DNA from: Bdellovibrionales bacterium
Lineage (GTDB): Bacteria > Bdellovibrionota > Bdellovibrionia > Bdellovibrionales > UBA1609
Reading direction: 5' to 3'
NCBI GenBank assembly: GCA_043764155.1
Contig: JAYUKW010000033.1
Coordinates: 6,126 to 70,125, forward strand
Length of the DNA: 64,000 nt
The notes under the pieces were generated by a model. It did no database searches. It was not told the origin of the DNA and worked only from the letters and a program-made list of their open reading frames with translations. Positions 57,818 to 64,000 of the stretch are shown here, piece after piece. Position numbers and translations under genes: made by a program. The stretch's first letter is position 1; each line of letters opens with the position of its first letter.

Positions 57818-58199
57818 AGTGCCAGGTTCTTTTTTGTAATTTAAATGACCTTATGATCTTAAAAGTGGGACAGACCTTGTCATTCGCCTTGCAATTCGAG
57901 AGCTACAAAAATTTAGTTTATTTTAAAGATCCTTTAGAGCATTTAAAATAGGCTCGTTGGCATGAAGCTTTGCTGCTGTCTAGTTCGTTTGCTGGCATTC
58001 GAGGGGCTACGCACCCTCGCCAGCTCACTGGAACTTTTCCAGCATTTGCAAAGCGAATGACAAGGTCTGCCCTGTTTTAAATGCTCTAAAGGATCTTTAA
58101 AATAAACTAAATTTTTGTAGCTCTCGAGCAAGGCTTCATGCCAACGAGCCCACTTTTAAGTTCATAAGGTCATTTAAATTACAAAAAGAACCTGGCACT
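57818..58199. repeat. 382-bp composite palindromic element (outer GTGCCAGGTTC arms, inner 53-bp perfect arms, conserved core, interleaved P/Q boxes)
   Basis: Outer arms 57818-57869 / 58149-58199 (50/52). Inner arms 57896-57948 / 58075-58127 (53/53). P 57871-57893 versus P' 58047-58069 (22/23). Q 57951-57972 versus Q' 58128-58150 (22/23). Confidence 0.9.
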
Positions 58200-58207
58200 G
58201 GGTGGAT

Positions 58208-58984
58208 CTAGATCAGTTCGTAGAGGACGGTCATTGCTAATGTGAAAGTGATTAACGTAAGGCTTATGATACGGATTTGATGCAGGTTTTTATTATTTAA
58301 AATTTTACCAACGTAAGATCCTCCGATGATCCCAATAATCATCAGCAAAAACGAATCAAAACCTACTTTGTTGTAAAACTCGCTCAGTAAATTCAAATCA
58401 AATAGAAAGGCTGAAATAAAAACACCTAAACATACAAAAATCATCATGGCGTTGACAGTTGGGGCTTCTTCTTTAGGAGATATATTTTTGTTATTTAATA
58501 CCAGCCAATTTAAGAAGACTCCGCTCCCAACGCCAGCAAATCCAGAAAGAAGACCGGCTATAACACCTAGTTTGTGAGGCGGTAAATTAGCCAGATAATT
58601 TTTCTTATTTTTGCTTTCTAAATTTCTAGCCATTAGTTTTAAGACCGTATTTAAAAAACTAAAACTCATTAAAATTAAAAACAACACAAGAAAAACTCTT
58701 AAATAGTCTCCGTCAACTTGCTTCGCTATTAAAGAACCTATTAAACCGCCAATCACAATAAACGGCGCCATCTGGAGCACCAAAGGCCAAACAATTTTTT
58801 TTTGAAATTGATATTGAACTGTATTAATAGTCACAGATATAAATACAAAAGTTAAACTTAAGACAATGGCCTGATAGGGGGTCAAATCATAAATTTTAGG
58901 TAATAAGGGAACTAAAAAAATTCCTCCACCAATTCCCAAAAAAGAAGAGACAAAGCCAAGGGCCAATCCTAAAAATAAACTCAT
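58208..58984 (-). CDS. TauE/SafE-family anion (sulfite) exporter
   Basis: 258 aa with about 8 TM helices. G-rich motifs (LGIGGGIFLVPLL, GFAGVGSGVFL) are typical of TauE/SafE. Confidence 0.75.
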   Translation of the reverse strand: MSLFLGLALGFVSSFLGIGGGIFLVPLLPKIYDLTPYQAIVLSLTFVFISVTINTVQYQFQKKIVWPLVLQMAPFIVIGGLIGSLIAKQVDGDYLRVFLVLFLILMSFSFLNTVLKLMARNLESKNKKNYLANLPPHKLGVIAGLLSGFAGVGSGVFLNWLVLNNKNISPKEEAPTVNAMMIFVCLGVFISAFLFDLNLLSEFYNKVGFDSFLLMIIGIIGGSYVGKILNNKNLHQIRIISLTLITFTLAMTVLYELI

Positions 58985-59871
58985 TTTGGGATATAAACTG
59001 GAATTGGATCGCCTAAAGGTTCATTTCTAATATGCTCTGGATCCAAGTAAAATCTATTTTCTTTAGCTTCAAGCCTAGCCTGTAACATCAACATGCTTTT
59101 TCTATCTTTCGGGTTGATATCAAAACCTGCGTAATTAAATTTATCGTGAAATTGGGAATTAAATTTTTTTGTAAAAAAACGCTCCCACGCATTAGAGTCC
59201 AATTCACAGTTGTAGGTGATAGTTCTAGGATGAGAATGTACTGGTGTAAAGGCAGTTAAGATTTCTAAGTTTCCAAAGTTACAGTGAAGCTTAAGAGCCG
59301 GACTTTCCCACTGGGTCATTCCAAAAAGTTGGGGTACATTGCAATACCACAGCCCAAAGGCTTTTGATAAAAAACCTAATCCATAAAATCTATCTTCTTC
59401 TAACAAAAGCGAATTAATAGAAGATAAATTATGAGCCAACCAACACTCAGGCTGAACAGTCGGAATACAAATAAATAAAGACAGAGGTGTCCACTCGCCT
59501 TTAATGGGTTTACCAAAAGCCGATCTTAAAGCTGGGCTTAATGTTTCTGTCTTATGTGCAAAACCCACAACCACACCAGGCATAATCGCACAATCATAAA
59601 ACACCCACCTAGGCATTGCCATATTCGCACCTTGAAACGCACGGCCTTCAATATCTAAGATCAAATCAGAAAATTCCAATTCTTTTAAATGAAATGGATT
59701 TTTTAAAATCATTTTGTCTTTATCAAACCAATCAATCCCGCTGTGAAGTGCGCCTGGATTTAAAGAATGGTTGTTATCTCGAGATAAAACGTAGGGTCGT
59801 ATATTATCGTGATCCAACCAATTCACTTTGTTTGCAAAATCTGGCGACGACATACTAAGCTTTAGGTCCAA
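58981..59871 (-). CDS. hypothetical 296-aa protein, translationally coupled between fumC and the TauE-like gene
   Basis: Overlaps fumC by 17 nt and the TauE-like gene by 4 nt. No motif recognised. Confidence 0.5.
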   Translation of the reverse strand: MDLKLSMSSPDFANKVNWLDHDNIRPYVLSRDNNHSLNPGALHSGIDWFDKDKMILKNPFHLKELEFSDLILDIEGRAFQGANMAMPRWVFYDCAIMPGVVVGFAHKTETLSPALRSAFGKPIKGEWTPLSLFICIPTVQPECWLAHNLSSINSLLLEEDRFYGLGFLSKAFGLWYCNVPQLFGMTQWESPALKLHCNFGNLEILTAFTPVHSHPRTITYNCELDSNAWERFFTKKFNSQFHDKFNYAGFDINPKDRKSMLMLQARLEAKENRFYLDPEHIRNEPLGDPIPVYIPK

Positions 59872-61243
59872 TCATATCTTCAGGGCGCACATACTTATCA
59901 AAATCTTTAGCCGTCATTAAACCTAAATTTACAGCCTCTTCTTTTAAAGTGGTGTTATTTTCGTAAGCGGTTTTTGCTATTTTAGCCGCGTTATCATACC
60001 CAATGTGAGGATTAAGTGCCGTGACTAGCATCAACGAATTTTCTAAGTGCTTTTGAATTTGTGCTTTATTAGCCTTAATCCCATCTAAGCAATTTTCTCT
60101 AAAACTATCTAACCCGTCCGACAACAATCGAACCGAATTTAAAACATTAAAGACTATGACAGGTTTAAATACATTCAGTTCAAAATGACCTAAACTTCCT
60201 GCAATTCCAACCGCAGTGTCATTGCCCATCACTTGGACCGAAACCATAGTTAAGGCTTCCGATTGAGTCGGATTAACTTTGCCAGGCATTATGCTGCTTC
60301 CAGGTTCGTTCGCAGGTAATATCAATTCTCCGATACCACTTCTTGGCCCACTGCCAAGCATTCGAATATCATTTGCAATTTTCATCAAGGATACAGCTAA
60401 AGTTTTTAGACTGCCGTGAAATTCGACCAAAGCATCATGGGCCGCCAGCGCTTCAAATTTATTAGGTGCTTCCTTAAATTTATGGCCCGTGTCTTTTGAA
60501 ATGTAGGCACATACTTTTTTTGCAAAATCCGGATGAGTGTTAAGCCCAGTTCCAACGGCTGTGCCACCTATTGCTAAATCAAAAACGTCGTCCAGGGACC
60601 GTTCAATACGTTTGATAGACTGTTCAATTTGACGTTCGTAACCAGAAAATTCTTGTTCTAGAGTAAGTGGTGTCGCGTCCATAAAATGGGTGCGACCAAT
60701 TTTAACGATGCCTTTAAATTCTTTGGCTTTCTTCGACATGGATTTTAAAAAATCTTTCAATGCCGGCTTCAGTCGACGTTCAGTTTCATTCACCACAGCC
60801 ACATGCATCGCCGTCGGAAATGTGTCGTTAGAGGACTGGGCTTGGTTCACATCATCATTGGGATGAATTTTTTTATCCCCACGTTTAAAACCTAAAATTT
60901 CACAGGCCCGGTTCGCAATGACTTCATTCGCGTTCATGTTGGTTTGAGTTCCACTTCCCGTTTGCCATACTACCAAGGGAAACTCTTGATCTAACTTTCC
61001 TTGAATGACTTCATCACACGCCTTAACAATGGCATTTGATTTTTCAGCCGTCAGACTCCCAAGATCTTTATTCGCTAAGGCCGCCGCTTTTTTTAATAAG
61101 CCAAAGGCTTTAATCATTTCCGGGGGAAAAATATCTTTGCCAATTTTAAAATTTTCTAATGAACGTTGAGTTTGAGCCCCCCAAAGTCTGTCGTTTGAAA
61201 CTTCAATTGAACCCATAGAATCTTTTTCTAAGCGCGTGGACAT
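59855..61243 (-). CDS. fumC: class II fumarate hydratase
   Basis: 462 aa with the signature [16 protein letters not shown] and a typical N-terminus TRLEKDSMG...[14 protein letters not shown]. Confidence 0.95.
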   Translation of the reverse strand: MSTRLEKDSMGSIEVSNDRLWGAQTQRSLENFKIGKDIFPPEMIKAFGLLKKAAALANKDLGSLTAEKSNAIVKACDEVIQGKLDQEFPLVVWQTGSGTQTNMNANEVIANRACEILGFKRGDKKIHPNDDVNQAQSSNDTFPTAMHVAVVNETERRLKPALKDFLKSMSKKAKEFKGIVKIGRTHFMDATPLTLEQEFSGYERQIEQSIKRIERSLDDVFDLAIGGTAVGTGLNTHPDFAKKVCAYISKDTGHKFKEAPNKFEALAAHDALVEFHGSLKTLAVSLMKIANDIRMLGSGPRSGIGELILPANEPGSSIMPGKVNPTQSEALTMVSVQVMGNDTAVGIAGSLGHFELNVFKPVIVFNVLNSVRLLSDGLDSFRENCLDGIKANKAQIQKHLENSLMLVTALNPHIGYDNAAKIAKTAYENNTTLKEEAVNLGLMTAKDFDKYVRPEDMIGPKA

Positions 61244-61397
61244 TAAGCTCTCCTAAATCTGCTTTTTTATTTTTGTAGATTTCACTTTACATGATTTGGA
61301 CTTCATCTGACAATTTGAGGCTCACGAATAGACAACTAACACGATACAGCACAGCTCATATCCCTATTTGCATTTTTAAACCAACAACACTAGCAAC

Positions 61398-61910
61398 TTG
61401 ATTATGAAATCTACGACCCCAAAAATTAAGAATTCTGATAACTCAAAAAAATATTGGCTATTGAAGTCAGAACCCGAATCGTATTCGATTGATCAATTCA
61501 AAAAAGATCAAACAACCTGGTGGGAAGGAGTTAGAAATTATCAAGCCCGAAATTTTATGACTAAAGAAATGAAAGCTGGAGATCAGTTTTTATTTTATCA
61601 CTCCAACGCCACCCCACCTTGTGTTGTAGGCTTAGGTCAAATCTCAAAACCAGCCGCCCCCGATCCCTCAGCTTTTAATAAAAAGTCTGATTACTATGAG
61701 CCCAAGTCCACGCCCGAAAGACCTATTTGGGAGTGTGTCGAAGTCAAGTTTTTAGAAAAGTTCCCAAAGCCCTTGTCATTAGCAGAGGTCAGAGAAATTG
61801 ATGGTCTAGACAAAATGATTTTAATTAAAAAGGGGTCCAGACTTTCTATTCAGCCTGTGACGAAAACAGAGTTTGATTTGATTTTAGAACTTTGTAGATC
61901 AATAAAATAA
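61398..61910 (+). CDS. EVE (PUA-like) domain protein
   Basis: KYWLLKSEPESYSIDQFKKDQTTWWEGVRNYQARNFM..GDQFLFYHSN is the EVE domain pattern. The start may be the ATG at 61404. Confidence 0.8.
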   Translation: MIMKSTTPKIKNSDNSKKYWLLKSEPESYSIDQFKKDQTTWWEGVRNYQARNFMTKEMKAGDQFLFYHSNATPPCVVGLGQISKPAAPDPSAFNKKSDYYEPKSTPERPIWECVEVKFLEKFPKPLSLAEVREIDGLDKMILIKKGSRLSIQPVTKTEFDLILELCRSIK

Positions 61911-61997
61911 GTTCTAAAAATAAACTTAATATTTTATTTAATATTAAAATCGCAAATAAAATTGTCTGATTAAAAATTAAAAATAATTAAGTTAAAT

Positions 61998-63446
61998 TTA
62001 TTTTCTAAAAATACTTCCAAGGAGTCCACGAATCACTTGTCGCCCCACTTCGTTGGCCACGGTTCTCGCAGCAGATTTAATCATAGTTTCACCAACACTG
62101 GCCCTTGTCGAAACTCTAGGTTTTGTTGCCGGCTTTTCTTTTATTGGAACTTCATCGGTATCAGTACTTTTTTTACTTAAGGACTCAAAAGCAGAGGGAT
62201 TGTCCATTTTTTCTTCGTAACGACCAAAATACAAAGAAGATTTAATAAGAGCCGACTGAACACTTGGATCCATAGGACCAATTTTTGACTGGGGCGGAAT
62301 TACAAATGCTTTCTCAGTGATTGCAGGTGTTCCATCTTTATCAAGAAAAGAAACTAAAGCCTCACCAACACCAAGCTGAGTGATAACCTCTTCTGTTTTA
62401 AAATTAGGATTGGGGCGCATAGAGCTTGCAGCCGCTTTGACAGCTTTTTGATCCTTCGGCGTGAAAGCTCTTAAAGCGTGCTGTACTCTGTTCCCCAGTT
62501 GGCCCAAAATACTTTCTGGAATATCCCCAGGATTTTGAGTCACAAAATAAATTCCAACTCCTTTAGAGCGAATCAATCGAACCACCTGTTCAATTTTTCC
62601 AACTAAAGCTTTTGATGTGTCTTTAAAAAGTAAGTGAGCCTCGTCGAAAAAGAAAACTAATTTTGGTTTTTCTAAGTCTCCAGCCTCTGGTAAATTTTCA
62701 AAAAGTTCAGACAACAACCACAGTAAAAATATGGAGTACAATTTAGGCGAATTCACTAATTTACTAGCTGTAAGCAAATGAATGTGACCTTTCCCGTCAG
62801 AATCACAACTTAAAAAATCTAAAATATTAAACATCGGTTCACCAAAAAAATCAGCAGCTCCCTGTTGCTCAAGATTAAGAAGGCTACGCTGAATAGCTCC
62901 AGCGCTAGAAGCTGCGATGTTTCCGTACTGGCTTTGAAATTCTTTATTATTTTCTGCGACAAACCTAACTGTACTTTGAAGATCTTTAAGGTCTAAGATC
63001 AATAAATTTCGATCATCAGCTATTTTAAAAATTTGCTGCAAAACCCCTTCTTGGGTTTCATTCAATTCAAGAAGTTGCGCGAGCATCAATGGGCCAACAT
63101 CAGAAATTGTGGCACGAATAGGGTGACCCAATAGCCCATACATATCCCAAAAAATAACAGGGTTTTTAGAAAATGAAAAATCTTCGATTTTAAGTTCCGA
63201 AATTCTAGCTTTGACTTTTGGGTTTTCAACTCCAAGAGCACCAATCCCTGATAAATCACCTTTTATGTCAGCTAAAAACACAGGAACACCAATATCAGAA
63301 AAGGACTCCGCCATTTTTTGCAATGTGACTGTTTTACCAGTGCCTGTTGCTCCGGCAATCAAACCATGACGATTGGCCAAAGAAGGCTGAAGAAAAACTT
63401 CTTTCGAAGAGTTTTTTGCGATACGAATGGGCATTGAGATTGACAC
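61998..63446 (-). CDS. HerA-like P-loop ATPase, DUF853 (YjgR) family
   Basis: 482 aa. Walker A GLIAGATGTGKTVTLQ and Walker B LVFFFDEAHLLF. Basic C-terminal tail. Confidence 0.85.
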   Translation of the reverse strand: MSISMPIRIAKNSSKEVFLQPSLANRHGLIAGATGTGKTVTLQKMAESFSDIGVPVFLADIKGDLSGIGALGVENPKVKARISELKIEDFSFSKNPVIFWDMYGLLGHPIRATISDVGPLMLAQLLELNETQEGVLQQIFKIADDRNLLILDLKDLQSTVRFVAENNKEFQSQYGNIAASSAGAIQRSLLNLEQQGAADFFGEPMFNILDFLSCDSDGKGHIHLLTASKLVNSPKLYSIFLLWLLSELFENLPEAGDLEKPKLVFFFDEAHLLFKDTSKALVGKIEQVVRLIRSKGVGIYFVTQNPGDIPESILGQLGNRVQHALRAFTPKDQKAVKAAASSMRPNPNFKTEEVITQLGVGEALVSFLDKDGTPAITEKAFVIPPQSKIGPMDPSVQSALIKSSLYFGRYEEKMDNPSAFESLSKKSTDTDEVPIKEKPATKPRVSTRASVGETMIKSAARTVANEVGRQVIRGLLGSIFRK

Positions 63447-63501
63447 GATGGACTCCTAATTTTAACTGTAACTAATTTAAATTATTTTATAGAGGATGCG
63501 T

Positions 63502-64000
63502 ATGAATTTGGGAAGTATTTTAAATCCAAAACGAAAACGCCGCACACCTCAACTCCAAAGAATAATCTCTCGACGAATTGGTCAAGCTATTGCTGGATTG
63601 ATTCTAGCTGGTGTTGCTGCGCTATTTGGTCTTAAAAAATTTGACTCAACAATTCAATCGAAGTCTTACGACAAACAACAGGTTGATATCAGTCAAGGTT
63701 CAACCAGCGATATCAATTTTAAAATTCTAGATGCAATTGAAAGAAGCAAGAGACTGCCTTTTGTAGAAATTAAAAATGTCGAAGTTATAAAACTTCTTCG
63801 TGATGACAATAAAGGCTCAAGACATCAGCGTTGGATTGTAAAGCTCAATCGTGGCATCGATCTTACAATAATTTATAATTTAGATTTAGCAGACAAAGTT
63901 CCATTATTTTCTGGAGATATTATTGATGCTGCCGGCGAGCTTATTTATGGGACTTATGGGAACACTTTCGCAGACCCAATACTTCATTGGACACATGAAG
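63502..64000 (+). CDS. DUF3465-family protein (3' end off the window)
   Basis: Own translation gives MNLGSILNPKRKRR...(TM)...GSRHQRWIVKLNRGIDLTIIYNLDLADKVPLFSGDIIDAAGELIYG...ILHWTHE, matching the DUF3465 pattern (HQ.F.V.L..G..L...HN.D.A....L..GD......GEY......HWTH). An alternative ATG lies at 63495. Confidence 0.6.
   Translation, partial: MNLGSILNPKRKRRTPQLQRIISRRIGQAIAGLILAGVAALFGLKKFDSTIQSKSYDKQQVDISQGSTSDINFKILDAIERSKRLPFVEIKNVEVIKLLRDDNKGSRHQRWIVKLNRGIDLTIIYNLDLADKVPLFSGDIIDAAGELIYGTYGNTFADPILHWTHE

Noticed and set aside
51631-58199. Retron msr/msd or DGR template repeat as an explanation for the long hairpin elements
   Set aside because: No reverse transcriptase gene, and no candidate ORF of any kind, lies adjacent to either element. 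There is no matching variable repeat inside a nearby gene.
1-64000. rRNA, tRNA, tmRNA, integrase, transposase or prophage structural genes
   Set aside because: None was recognised in any intergenic region or ORF by eye. tRNAscan/Infernal would be needed to exclude small RNAs rigorously.

Overview
This is a 64-kb AT-rich bacterial chromosomal segment, densely coding on both strands, with about 60 credible CDS. I recognised no rRNA, tRNA, CRISPR array, integrase, transposase or reverse transcriptase by eye. All homology statements come from motif recognition by eye, not from database searches.

Housekeeping blocks:
- 1.3-7.4 kb: ABC-F ATPase, recQ, PAP2 phosphatase, psd-pssA.
- 8-15.5 kb: FbpA-like / imelysin-like / TonB-dependent receptor iron cluster, a stand-alone DUF4143 ATPase, a ZIP transporter, TonB.
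- 15.8-21.6 kb: flavin reductase-like gene, blc, and a tesA-like/ybbA-like/ybbP-like operon.
- 46.9-64 kb: DUF2461, rimO, MAPEG, LLM oxidoreductase, orn, ahcY, map, SWIB protein, ettA, bolA, TauE-like, fumC, EVE, DUF853 ATPase, DUF3465.

Accessory and envelope blocks:
- 22.4-29.8 kb: a DUF1592-DUF1552 pair next to a 1314-aa VWA/discoidin/PA14-like lipoprotein.
- 21.8 kb and 30-32.8 kb: toxin-antitoxin modules. Three are intact (Gp49/HTH, higBA, brnTA) and at least four are decayed.
- 32.8-39.2 kb: a three-gene operon of a lipoprotein, a 1098-aa Met-zincin and a small beta-barrel.
- 39.7-46.8 kb: an orphan 517-aa gene, then a run of secreted proteins including a NucA-type nuclease and a protein-glutaminase-like enzyme.

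The gene content suggests a Bdellovibrionota/Oligoflexia-like organism. This is inference only.

The most unusual signal not explained by ORFs is a family of intergenic palindromic elements. They share GTGCCAGGTTC termini that sit directly after stop codons (49.6, 51.9 and 57.8-58.2 kb). Two copies carry a homologous ~100-nt core inside long, locus-specific, perfectly or near-perfectly paired arms. One of these is a 382-bp composite with interleaved inverted repeats. The other supplies the last codons of orn. The core mid-segment is in opposite orientation in the two copies. Separately, a 12-bp x ~6.5 tandem array fills the intergenic region downstream of bolA.
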